Origin: Mobula hypostoma
Taxonomy: Eukaryota
Length of the DNA stretch: 64,000 nt
Assembly: GCF_963921235.1 (NCBI RefSeq)
Contig: NC_086097.1
Coordinates: 39,930,001 to 39,994,000, forward strand
Reading direction: 5' to 3'
Positions 51,057-63,889 of the stretch are shown here, piece after piece. The translations under genes and the position numbers were made by a program. Below the pieces are notes generated by a model. It saw only the letters and a list, made by a program, of their open reading frames with translations, ran no database searches and was not told the DNA's origin. Numbering within the stretch: the stretch's first letter is position 1; each line of letters begins with the position of its first letter.

Positions 51057-51559
51057 ATTTCAATAGTTGTAACATTTCTCTATTATTTACATACTTTTCT
51101 ATTTAGTGGTATGTAAAAGTGGTTGTAGACTTGGTCAGGGTGGTTTAGCAGTGAGACAACAATGAAACCAAAGGCCTTCCAGACATTCACAGCCTTTTCT
51201 GCTTCAGTGAACACCTTCAGGTGTGGAATAATAGCTTACTCAGAGTTCTACATCTGCAAATGATAAATTCGTTTATAATACATTCACCTCTAAGTTTTAC
51301 CCTCAAGCAACTTTGACTGAAATTTGCATCGAATCACTTGGGGATTTGAATATGAGAGACATTTGTTTTAAAATATTTATGAAATATATAAATATATATT
51401 TTTATATATACTGTCAAGGGGGCAGAGAGATTCATATGAATATTGCCTGCAGTGGCCTTGAATTAGAGGAGAGATTGGATAAGCTGGCACTGTTTTCCTC
51501 AGCAGTGAAGGAGACTGAGTGATAGAGATATACAAGATTATGAGGGATAGAGATAGAAT

Positions 51560-54500
51560 AAATAAGACAATAAGACATAGGAGTAGAATTAGGCTATTTG
51601 ATCCATTCGAGTCTGCTACACCATTCGATCATGGCTGATCCTTTTTCCCCTCCTCAACTCCACTTCCTGGACCTCACCGTGACCTTTGATGCCATGTCCA
51701 ATCAAGAACCTATCAAGCTCTGCCTTAAATACACCCAACAACCTGGCCTCCACTGCTGCCTGTGGTAATAACTTCCAGAAATTCACCACTCTCTGGCTAA
51801 AGAAATTTCCCTGCATCTCTGTTTTAAATGGACACCCCTCTATCCTGAGGCTGTGCCCTCTTGTCCTAGACTCCCCCACCATGGGAAACATCCTGTCCAT
51901 ATCTACACTGTCTTTTCAACGTTAAAAAGGTTTCAGTGAGATTCCCCCCTCATCCTTCCAAATTCGAGCGAGTACAGACCCAGAGCTACCAAACGTTCCT
52001 CATATGAAAACCCTTTCATACCCAGAATCATCCTTGTGAACCTCCTCTGAACCCTCTCCAATGCCAGCACATCTTTTCTTAGGTAAGGAGCCCAAAACTG
52101 TTCGCAATACTCAAGGTGAGGCCTCACCTGTGTCTCATAAAGCCTCAGCATCACATCCCTACTTTTTTATTCCAGACCTTTTGAAGTGAATGCTAACATT
52201 GCATTTGTCTTCCTCACCATTGACTCTACCTGCAAGTTAACCTTTGGGGTATTCTGCACAAGGACTCCCAAGTCCCTTTGCATCTCAGATTTTTGTATTT
52301 TATCCCCATTTAGAAAATAGTCTGCACATTTATTCCTTCTACCAAAGTGTATGACCATACATTTTCCAACATTTGTATTTCATTTACCACTTTTTTGCGC
52401 GTTCTCCTAATCTCTTCTGTAGCCTACCTGTTTCCTCAATACTACCTGCCCCTCCATCAATCTCCATATCATCTGCAAATTTGGCAGCAAACCCATCTAT
52501 TCCATCATCTAAATCATTTATATACAGCATAAAAAGAAGTGGTCCCAACACTGACCCCTGCGGAACACCAATAGTCACTGGCAGCCAACCAGAGAAGGAT
52601 CCTTTTATTTCCACTTGCTGCCTCCTACCAATCAGACAATGCTCTAACCACATCAGTAACTTTCCTGTAATACCATGGGCTCTTAATTTGATAAGCAGTG
52701 TCATGTGTGGTGCCTTGTCAAAGGCCTTCTCTAAGTCCAAATATTACAACATCCACAATATCTCCTTTATCTTTCCTACTTGTAATCTCCTCAAAGAATT
52801 TCAAGATTTTCCTTTAAAGAAACCGTGGTGACTTTGTCCTATCTTGTCCTGTGTCACCAAATGCCCCGTTACCTCATCCTTAACAATTGATCCAACATCT
52901 CCCTAACAACTGAGGTCAGGCTAACTGGTCTGTAACTTCCTTTCTGCTGCCTTCTTCCTTTCTTAAAGAGTGGAATAACATTTGCAATTTTCCAATCCTC
53001 TGGCACCATGCCAGAGTCCAATGATTTTTGAAAATCATTACTAAAGCTTCCACAATCACTACCTCTACCTCTTTCAGAACCCTAGGGTGCAGTTCATCTG
53101 GCCCGAGAGACTTATGTACCTTTAGGACTTTCAGCTTTTTGAGCACCTTCTCCCCTGTGATAGTAACTGCACTCACTTCTCCTCCCTCACACCCTTCAAC
53201 ATGTGGCACACTGCTAGTGTCTTCCACAGTGAAGACTGATGCAAAAAAACTCATTTAGTTTGTCTGCCATTTCCTTGTCCCCCATTATTATTTCTCCAGT
53301 CTCATTTTCTAGCAGTCCTGTATCCACTCTTATCTCTTTTATTTTTTTACATACTTGAAAAAGCTTTTACCATCTACTTTGATATTGTTTGCTAGTTTGC
53401 TTTTATACTTCATCTTTTCCCTCCTAATGATTCTTTTAGTTGCTCTCTAAGTTTTTAAAAGCTTCCCAATCCTCTGTTTTAACACTAATTTTTGCATTGT
53501 CCTATGTCCTTTCTTTTGCTCTTTCATTAGCTTTGACTTCCCTTGTCAGCCACAGTTGTATTATTTTGCCATTTGAGTATTTCGTTCTTTTTGGATACCT
53601 CTATACTGCACTTCCTTCATTTTTCCCAGAAACTCACACCATTGCTGCTATTACACGATTTGTACCAGCAGGCCAACCTCCAGAGCACCATATAACATCA
53701 AAAGATGTAAGCATTCTGCAGGTTGCTTGGGATTGGAAAAAGGACGTGGACTTGGAAAAAAAGCTTGTGTTTCCCCAAGACATTGCGGCTACAACACTCC
53801 GGCCAGACATGGTCCTGTGGTCCACAACAGCCAAGCTAGCATATGTTGTGGAATTGACAGTACCATGGGAAGATGGTATTGAAGAAGCTTATGAGAGGAA
53901 AAAGACCAAGTACTCTGAATTGGCAACTGAAACTGCCCAGAAGGGCTGGAAGACCAAGATTTTCCCTGTAGAATTGGGATGCAGGGGATTCGTTGCTACA
54001 TCAATGACCAGTCTACTGAAGAAGATGGGGGTGAGGGGTCACTCCCTCCAACAAGCAATCAAGTCCTTGTCAAATGCAGCAGAAGAAAGCAGCAACTGGA
54101 TTTGGATTAAAAGGAAAGACAACAACTGGGCTGCAAGATGAAGAGAGGAGGGTATGGAACTGAGGGGGGTGTATCTGGGATGCCAGGTAGTGCCGTTGAG
54201 CCCTCTGGAGAAGTCGTGGGCTTATCAACGAAATGTCAAAGAAGGAGGGTGCCCACCTGATGAGCCCGATGATGTAGCTACCCTCCCTCCTTGTCACCAC
54301 TCCAAACCCACTGCCAACATTGAGAGTACCAACTTACCATAGGGATTGAAACATCAAGTCCTAGTAGCTCTGCTGCTGTCATCCTGCCAGCAGATCCTTT
54401 CAATTTACTTTGGCCAACTCCTCTCTCATACCACTGTAATTTCCTTTACTCCACTGAAATACTACTACACCTGACTTTACTTTCTCCCTATCAAATTTCA

Positions 54501-54620
54501 AATTGAACTCAATCATATTGTGATCACTGTTTCCTAAGGTTTCTTTTACCTTAAACTCCCTAATTACCTCCAGTACATTATGTAACACACAATCCAGTAT
54601 AGCTGATCCCCTAGTCTGAT
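51560..54620 (-). mobile_element. CR1 ORF2 (EN-RT) decayed copy with nested Hero fragment
   Basis: TRGSAILD, LGNSDHNMIEF, GPDELHPRVLKE, KAFDKAPH, GVPQGSVLGPLLF and FADD motifs, then the 3'UTR. Confidence 0.9.
53651..54372 (+). mobile_element. Hero-like RLE LINE 3' fragment, second copy
   Basis: RPDMVLWS...VVELTVPWE...RKKTKY; colinear with 13510-14222. Confidence 0.88.
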
Positions 54621-56857
54621 ACAACGTGTAACCTTGGGTAATCCTCTATTGCTATGATGTGTGATGTTCTGGTTTTCCAATATTTGCAGAATCTCTTGTG
54701 TTTAGGGTAAATAATCATAGTATTTTTCCCCAGGGTACAGAGATCTAGAACTTAAGCATATAGGTTTAGGATGAGAGGGATTTAAAAGGGGACGGGGGAG
54801 CAATTTTTTCACATGAGATGTGGTAGGTATACCGAGATGGCAGAGCTGTGTGCAGTTCCAATGTTTAAAAGACATTTAGGCAGGTAAATGGAAAGGATAA
54901 GTTTAGAAGGGTATAGGCCAAACATGGGCAAGTGAGAGCAATGTAGATAGGCATGGATAGGGCTGGCATGGATGAGTTGGGCTGATGGGCTTGTTTCCTT
55001 GCTGTATTACTCTCTAACTCTAGATGGTGTGCAGCACGGATGGTGATTTCTATGTAATGAGGTGAAGCCAGCACAAACTGTCCTGGTGTCTTTGGTATCA
55101 CATAAATGTGGTTCCTTGAACTCTCCCTGACACCAGGTTGGGAGAAATGCCAAGAATATTTCCCAGCCTTACCTTCCAGCATCCACTGTTGCTCTCACAC
55201 AATTGCAGCACCCAGACTGCTGAACAGCAGAATTAACAAAGTTAGTGTCACTGATTCCCTTTTCTATTAAAATCATTAACATCTTTGGGCTATGCGGTAG
55301 GGAAATTCTAGGCAGCTTCTAGAGTAGGTTACATGGTCGGCACAACATTGTGGGCCGAAGGGCCTGTAATGTGCTATAGATTTTCTATGTTCTATGATCT
55401 AAACTTTCCCGATTCTGATATCACCAACAATTAGCTATCAGAGAAATCTTGCCATCATTTTGGAATGGTGGCTTTCTTGTCAGTAACTATTCCTGACGGA
55501 TGCAAACACATACGGACAAATTGAATTTAAAGGCAACAGAAGCAAAAGAGACCTGGAATACAGTAGAAAATACTGTAGATAGTGAATATGAACTATCCTT
55601 GTCATGTGTAAGGATTATGTTGAGCAACAGCATGGACAAGAAGTGAGACTCCGGTTAGACGCCTGGAGAGTGAGCAGCAGTGGAACTTTGTTCACTTCTC
55701 TGCAGCTAACTACTCAGCAGAGGGAAAAACAAGACCCCAGCAGATAACGGTCCTTACCCATTTTATCTCAATACTTTGCAGAACACTTCGTGCACATTCA
55801 GAAATGAAATACCTTTCAGTCCATTTACCTGTAAATTACATGTACTAAACCGACTGTATTATGGTATTGGTACCATTCCTAAATGGTGAGCATGCCAACC
55901 GTTCACAGTCTCCGCTGTTCCCAGAAGGATGTCCTTTCACGGAGAGATTAGTCAAATCAGAAATATGGATATGAGAAGTAATGATTCTTTTCAGAGGTAT
56001 TTCAAAAGAAATACTTTTTTAACTTTCATATTCTATCCCTCACAGTGGCTGTCGAGTGCCTCAGTCTATGGCAGCTCTCAGAGCATTTCCATTGGTTCCA
56101 TTCCACCATTTATCCCTTTCATCCCATCAGCTCCACCAAGTTGCGCCTACTGCTACCTAGTGTAAAGATAATTTACAGCAGCCAATTAACCGACCAACCT
56201 GCAGTTCCTTTGGTTACAGAGAGACTGTGCTAACTGCACATGTAGCGCCTGAGGTTATGATCAAAGGTGGGTCACTGGAACTGTGTGGCAGCTGATCCTT
56301 GTGCTGCTGAGTTGCATCAAAACTACTCTTCTAACTGGCAATGTTTTTATCTGATAATATGCTTCGCTTATTCAGAAAGTACATTTAACATTAGCCTGTG
56401 CTAGGACAACTTTGACTATTCAATAGTGATTCTCCTTCTCGTTCTAAGTGCATAGTAATTTCTTTTTGCGGAGGATGGTGAGTTTCTGGAATTCTCCGCC
56501 CTGGCGGGTGGTGGAAGCTGAATGATTCAAGGTATTTAAAGTGGAGGTGGATAAATAGTTGATAGTTCAAAGAATAAAAGGATTTAGAGAAAAAGGCACA
56601 GCAGAGGAGTTGAGCCATTTCATTGTCAATCTGTTCACAACAAAATATAGAGCCTTGAGAACGCAACTGCTCTGCCCTGCCGGTAGTGATCATTCGGCCT
56701 TCGAATGTTGCTGCAGTTCCTGCTCTGTGTCCTTCTCTCTTGGCCATTTGCCATCCTTTCATTTTGGAAAGTGGAGCCTTTAATACTGCAGCTGCTTTAG
56801 ATCCCCTCCATTTCCAACAGCCGACACACAGCCAAGATCGGGATTCATGTGCATTCA

Positions 56858-56926
56858 CAATTAGGCTGCTCCACAGAGACTTTTAGGCTGCTCCACAATT
56901 CAGCCACAATTAGGCTGCTCCACAGA
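56858..56926. repeat. Three copies of ttaggctgctccaca
   Basis: Directly visible short local tandem duplication. Confidence 0.85.
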
Positions 56927-58209
56927 CACAGTTAACTGTGCAGGAAGGTATGACAGGCAAAGTTCCAGCTGGATATCTTCTCAGCAATTTCAAAAGAATC
57001 CAGAACCATATTTCTTTTACAATGGCACAGTATAGTTTCAGCTGTCAGTACCTGAGAGTATCTATAGAATACTTTAAACAGCCAGCGTGTGCCAAATCCA
57101 CTGGAACCTCCAAACAGAGATGTGAAAGTGTTAGTGCCACATTGTCTAAAACAGATGTTGCAACTATACCAAATAACCATAAATCTGAAAATCCACATCT
57201 ATTGATTTTTGCATGTGCTACAGCAGGTTCTCTTAATGGGGAAAAAATGTAGTGCTAATGAAAAATTTATGTTTTTTTCCCACATGTTCTATCTCAAAGT
57301 TGAGTTTATTTCAGGTGCACAAGTGCAACGAAAAACTTACTTGCAGCAACATCACAGGAACAAAGCATCAGATACACAATATTCACAAGACAAACATAAA
57401 TTAAACACAAGTTTATAAAAGTTATACAAGAAAGAACTCAATTAGAACTGGAAAAAAAAGTGGTCACAGTGTTGCTATACTGTGGTAATTGTATAGGTTG
57501 TGTAGGATGGTTCAAGAATTGAATAGCTGAAGCAAAGTAAATGTTCTTGAACGTGGTAGTATGAGACTTCAGGCTTCTTTGCCCCTGTCCTGTGGTAGCC
57601 GTGAGAAGATGGCATGGACCAGATGATGGGGATCTTTGATGATCGATCTGATTTGTTTTGTGGTCACCTGCTTTTCCTTCTGTTCATGTGCTTCTTTAAG
57701 GCTGCTCGTGTAAAGAGAGTTGATATTATGTAAATGCTATGGGGGGACAAGGCATTAACCTTCCTTAAAGTGTGTGCTTTTATTCTCTGTGAATAAACAG
57801 AGCATGATGTTTACATAAAGGATGAGTAGAATTAAGAGTGCAAACTCTTTGCAGCTATGGAGCTGTCTATTCCCATTACCAATGATTCTTAGAGGATTTT
57901 AAGAGTGTTTTGGATGGTTTCCTGTCATTCCTGGAATATAATAAGATCAGAAAGGATCACATTCTCTGCAAATCTCGAAGTGTTAGTGCTGCCTGTTTGT
58001 CAGAGTCAGATCAGTGAGTTCATGCAGCTCCAGAACTTGTTAAAATATCCCTTATCTGGCAGTTTTGTGACAAGGAGAATACATCATGGGCCTGGAATCA
58101 AGAAGGAACCAACTTTTCAGTCCCAAACAGACAGTTTTGATTAAAAGATGAGCAAATAAAAGACACAAGTAATATGTAATACCTTATGTAATATATGTAG
58201 TATGTAATA

Positions 58210-58716
58210 TGAGCGACACCTCATCTTCCATCTGGGTAGCCTACAAATTGATGAGATGAGCTTCAACTTCCGGTAATTACCATCCCCCTTCTCTCTTCCA
58301 TTCCCTGTTGCCCATACACCTCTTCTCTTCTCCTCACCTTCCCATCTTCTCCCTCTGGTCCCCCTTCTCCTTCCCTTTCTTCAATGGTCCATTGCCCTCT
58401 CCAATTAGATTTCTTCTTCTTTGGCCCTTTACCACTTTCACCTATCACCTCCCAACTTCTGACTTCATCCCCCTCCCCCTCCTACTCACCTTCCCCTTGC
58501 CTGGTCTCACCTATCATCTGCCAGCTTGAGCTCCTGCCCTTCCCTCCACCTTCTTGTTCTGACTTCTGCCCCCTTCCTTCCCATTCCAGATGAAGGCCCT
58601 TGGCCAAAACATTAACTGTGGATTCTCCTCCATAGCTGCTGCCTGACTTGCTGAGTTCCTCCAGAATTTGTGGGTGTTTCTCAAGAGTTCCAGCATCTGC
58701 TGAAACCCTTGCATTT
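58210..58716 (+). mobile_element. Old PLE 3' fragment with degenerate hammerhead (58582-58618)
   Basis: HLIF.LGSLQ remnant, pyrimidine-rich UTR and PLE 3' end. Confidence 0.75.
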
Positions 58717-58841
58717 ACAGGTAATAAAATTTTGTTTTTATCAGGTCAAGGCACCACAAGAAATTAAATTGTGGTATGTTGGCATTTGAATAAGAAGAAT
58801 AAATAAATTTTGCCTCCACCATATAGGATGTCAGGTGTTAT

Positions 58842-60077
58842 TGTTACAGTGGTTGACGCTGGGAGCGGACCCAAGTGCAAGACACAGACACTGAAGTACT
58901 AGGTACAGGACTTGACTACAGTAGGGACGTGACAGGATACAGACAAGGAGCAGGGACAAGAACGCAGACTTGGGCTAGGACATGGACTAGACAGGGAACC
59001 CGGACAAGGAACTATGAACTAGGAGCCTGTGCTAGGGAAAGCAGGACCAGGACTAGAAACCATGGACTAGGAGCCTGTGCTTGGACTCCGAGCCAGAGAT
59101 TGGACAAGGACCCAAAACCTGGGTCTTGCCTCTGGCTCGGACCCCAGAACTAGGCAAAGACATTACATGGCTACAGAGCTGGGATCTAGAGGCTTGAAGC
59201 TGCAGGCTGCAGGCTGGGGGCTGGGGGCTGGAGCTTGGAAACAGACTAGGAACTCTACATCAACATAGGGCCGGGACTAATCCTTCAAAAAGCCGGGACT
59301 CATCTTTAACACGACACTAACATGAGACTGGACAGTACATAGACATAGAGCTGGGACTTATCCTTAGACAAGCCAGGACTCAACTTTATCTCCACACCAA
59401 GGTGGGACAGGTCCATCTGTCAGGTATTGGCAGAACAGCCTGACTTACCCAACAGAGGCAAAGACAAGACAAGACAGGTCGCCCTGCAGGGCAATGGCAG
59501 AACGGCCTGACTTACCCCACAGAGGCAAGGGGAAGACAAGATGGATCTCCCCGCAGGGCAACAGCAGAACGGCCTGACTTACCCCATGGAGGCGAGGACA
59601 AGCAGAGACAAACATCAAAGAACGACAGACTTTCTGTCCCATCTCTGCATTGGGGTTGCTCCAAGTCACAGTTATGGCTAGCAACCTCGGCTGGCTACAG
59701 AAACAGCCGGATCCCTACCTTGCTCGGAGTGGCTGGTAGCCACTCAGCTGGTCCAGAAATGGCTGAATCCATACTGCAAAGACAGCCCCGACTACCAATA
59801 GCAAGGCTGCATGAAGCAATGGTTCTCCAACGCGGCTTAAAGATGGCAAGTGGCCATTCTAGCCTTCCACTGGCAGGTTGCTCCCAGGGGATCTTGACAA
59901 GATGAACCAGCAGCCCACACTCGACCCCAAGGCTACTTATATTCCAAGCCCCAAGATGGGAGTCAGGTGCCTATGATTAACCCAACCGAAACAAGGGACA
60001 GCTGGAAGACCCGGAGTCCTAAGTCCACGGACCGGACCGTGAACCAGAATGCGGACTTCATGGACTGGACCGTGACA
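58842..60077 (-). mobile_element. Solo LTR (Gypsy-like), 1236 bp
   Basis: tgttaca...cgtgaca termini and a perfect 5-bp TSD gttat at 58837-58841 and 60078-60082. Confidence 0.88.
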
Positions 60078-60611
60078 GTTATAAAATGATGCTCAGTGTT
60101 TCTGGGCATGGAGTCACCTAGCTCTTCCCATTTCTGTGCAGTAAAAATGCAACCACATGAGAGCTAGATTTCAAATGAATGAGGGAACTCCCTGTAAAGT
60201 GATCCTGAGATATATATACACACTGAACAACCAGCTTAAATAGGAAGTGACCTCACATTCACTCATATTAAACTACCTGTTTCAAGTTTTGCCCAATCAC
60301 TAAATCTCTAGATATCTTGTCACAAAATCACAATGTCCTCATCACAACGTGTCCTTCCACCTAACGTCATACTGTTGGCAAATTAGGAAACCCTACATTT
60401 CATTCTCTCATTTAGTTCACTAATGTACTCTAGATAGAATGAGGGTTGAGAGAGAAAATAAATCAGCCTTCATCGAATGGTGGAACAGACTCAAGGAGCT
60501 GAAAGGCCTAATTCTGCTCCCACGTCTTATGGTCCAATAATGCAGAGCATGTAGCTATGAAGTAAATTGAGCTTACGTCCTTTGGCAGGAAGAAGGTAGG
60601 CAGAAAAAAGA

Positions 60612-60770
60612 CGTAGAAACATAGAAACATAGAAAATAGGTGCAGGAGTAGGCCATTTGGCCCATGGAACCTGCACCGCCATTCAGTATGATCGTGGCTG
60701 ATCATCCAACTCAGAACCCTGTACCAGCCTTCCCTCCGTACCCCCTGATCCCTTTAGCCACAAGGGCCAC
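60612..60770 (-). mobile_element. CR1 3' end
   Basis: (tagaaaca) tail and a 3'UTR similar to 8107. Confidence 0.7.
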
Positions 60771-61809
60771 ATACGGAATAATATAACATAACATCAAAAT
60801 ATAAGAAATAAAAGGGGGATTCAGCCCTTTGTAAATGCTTTGCCAGTCAGTAAGGTCACACATGTTCTTTTACCATTGCTGCTTTCTGCACAGACCCTAT
60901 AATCCCATGATTTCCTTGATTCAGTAAAAGCTTTGCTATCCTACATTATTGGATACTGGTTTGCAAAGGGTAAGTATGTTTACACAAAACTAATAATATC
61001 AAATGTTACACAATAAGGCAAAGGAAATACAGCACTGTAAAGCATTCACCAATGACACTGGCATTACCCAGCAGACAAGTAAACAAATATAACGATGGAT
61101 TTGTTACACTCATCACTTAAGGAGAAGAGTGGATGGTGTAGGCAAGGGAATGGTGGAAAGTATAAATCCTGTGTCTGAGATCAAAACTATGTGTAATGGA
61201 CTTTGTCAGTTATCATCCAATAATTGATGCAGACATTCAGAGATGACTATAGTTTCTAAAGTTTTGTGAGGGAAGAGGAACATGGTTCTGTGTCTCCTTT
61301 CTCCCCATACAGTAGTGAATGGGGATAGGAGAAGCAGAACAATGTTCTTCCTTCCAACACATAACTATAACATTTATGAACATTTACTGGGTGTTTGTGT
61401 ATCAATAGGAGTGTTTAACATACTCCTCCAAAAAAAATAGACAATTTACTTCCTACTGCTAATTTCTCACTGTAATTTCTCGTTCAGTATTCAGGCTACT
61501 CACCGTCCAGCACAGACACCAGGAGGAGGACCTGGCTCTAAGTATAGCACTTTCCGTCCCAGGTCTGCAATTGCTGTTAGTGGTAAAGGCAGTTACCCAC
61601 CACAATCATATTCTGGGAAAAAGCAGCCCTACCAGCACACTTACCCATTCAGTTTATCTTCTGACTACTCTTGCAGTTCATCATACAAATAGGCAGTTTA
61701 CAGCCTGTTGTTACTGCATGAAGCTCTGTGTGTCAGGAGAGCAAAGTATACCCTGCACCGATTTCTCTTCACTGTCAGCCTGTGTAGTTTGTGCTCCTGA
61801 TGTGTGAAG

Positions 61810-62274
61810 CTTTGCCTTTGGCGAGACTGCAGAAGAGGTTTACCAGGATGTTGCCTGGATTAGAGGGCATGTTGAACAAACTTGAGCCATTTTCTCTGAA
61901 GTGGCAGAGGTTTCTCTGGCAGGTTTATGTGATTATGGGAGGCATAGATAGACAGTGTCTTTTACCATGGTTGAAATATCTAATATCAGAGGGCATGCAT
62001 TTAAGGTGAGAGGGGCTAAGGTTAAAGCAGATGATATGCAGGGCAAGTTTTTTTTTTGTACAGAGTTGTGGGTGTTTGGAATGTGCTGCCTGGAGTGGTG
62101 TTGGAGGCAAAAATAATGGAGGCACTCTCAATTTCTTAGATAGGCCTGTAAATGTGCAGGATATGGAAGGATATGGACATTGTGTAGACAGAAGGGATTA
62201 GTTTAGTTGGGCATCTGATTACTGATCTAATTAACAGCTTGGGCCAAAGGATCTATTCTCATGCTGAGGTGTTC
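61810..62274 (+). mobile_element. CR1 3' fragment
   Basis: QKRFTRMLPGLE motif and 3'UTR. Confidence 0.7.
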
Positions 62275-62818
62275 TACAATTGGTGGCCACTTTATTAGGT
62301 ACGCCTGCTCGGTAATGCAAATATCTAATCAGCCGATCATGTGGCAGCAACTCCATGCATAAAGCATGCAGACATGGTCAAGAGACTCAGTTGCTGTTCA
62401 GACCCAATGTCAGAATGGGCCAAAAATATGATCTAAGTGACTTTGACAATGGAATTATTGTTGGTGCCAGATAAGGTGGTTTGAATGTCTTAGAATCTGT
62501 TGATCTCCTGGGATTTTCACACACAACATTCTCTAGAGTTTACAGAAAATGGTGTGAAAAACAAAAAGAAAATCCAATGAGTGGCATTTCTGTGGATGAA
62601 TACACCGTGTTAATGAAAGAGGTAAGAGGAGAAAGGCCAGACTGGCTCCAGCTAACAGGAAGGCGACAGTAACTCAAATAATCATGCATTATAGCAGTGG
62701 TGTGCAGAAGGGAATCTCTAAATGTACAACATATCGAACTTTGAATTGTATAGGCTACAGCAGCAAAGACCACAAACATACACTCAGTGGCTATTTTATG
62801 AGTTACTGGAGGTATATT
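62275..62818 (+). mobile_element. Tc1-like non-autonomous element
   Basis: Starts taca..gtggccactttattaggtac; contains a transposase N-terminal remnant (DLSDFD.G.IVGAR; LLGFSHTT.SRVYRKW). Confidence 0.75.
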
Positions 62819-62905
62819 GTTCTGAGTACATGTTCTATGTTCAAAGCCTCATTTGCTGGTTTGCAAGTTGTGTGTTTGTGAAGTTGGTATGACCTGTAAT
62901 TATAA

Positions 62906-63039
62906 ACAGATGATATTCTGCAGATACTTGAAATCCAGAGTAACACACACAAAAGGCTGGAGGGAACCAGCAGGCCAGGCAACATCTATGAAAAAGAATA
63001 AAGAGTTGACATTTTGGACTGAGACCCTTCATCAGGACT
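62906..63039 (-). mobile_element. Ribozyme-headed PLE mini-insertion with tail
   Basis: Minus strand starts agtc-CTGATGA-agggtctc. TSD tgtaattataa at 62895-62905 and 63040-63050. Confidence 0.8.
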
Positions 63040-63889
63040 TGTAATTATAACAGATTGTGCAAAATATTTATTGTTGAAACCTTATTTGTCAATAAAGATC
63101 TCTCTATTGAAATTTGCAGCATAAGCCTACCAGATATTGAGACATGTTGTGTGTGGACTGGTGACTAACTCCTCAGGTGTCTTCAATAACTAAATGATTC
63201 ATGATAGGGGAAGAGAGTGCATTTTACCACTCTGAGGGACCAGAAGTTCTTCACCATGATTTTCACCCTTATTAATTTTAAGAATAATTTCTCTTTTCCT
63301 GGTCTTCTTTGCCCTCCTCCTGTTTCCTATCCTCACGCACTGTAATGAACCTGCAGAAAAGGAGACAATAAAACAGAGGGAAAAGTGACAGGATTAAAGA
63401 GGCAGAGAAAGGAGAAGATTATGACCAGAAGCAGTTACATGATAAACACACAGCTGTGCAACTTTTAGACTCTTCCACCAACTTTGTACTTTCCTGTGTC
63501 AAGACTACCATGCCTCAGCAACCCCTCCACATCAGGAATAAGACAGCAGTGACAGAGAAGACTGCTCAATTGCTCTGTCTCCTGTGGGTTTTGTGGCGGT
63601 GAGATTAAGTGAATTAGGTGAAAGCTAGTAAATCTGCGCTGTCTCAGACATGAATCAGTGAAAAGATGAAAGATCTCTGAAAGTAAAACATTATTACTGT
63701 GGAAGGCTTTACTGCTTACAGGGGATGTTGTAAAACAGTGAGAAGGTTTTGTGGCACAGTTATTGTATGGTGCTGTGTGGAATGTTAGTTGGACTTCTCT
63801 AGGAAGAAAGATTAGAGTAAACCTTACTGCCTTTACTTTTAAGAAAGAAAAGAATAATGCTTGAAATACCAATACGGTCAGCCAATGTA

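Noticed and set aside
53440..54141. 233-aa ORF as a host gene
   Set aside because: It is an accidental fusion of antisense CR1 sequence to the Hero endonuclease fragment.
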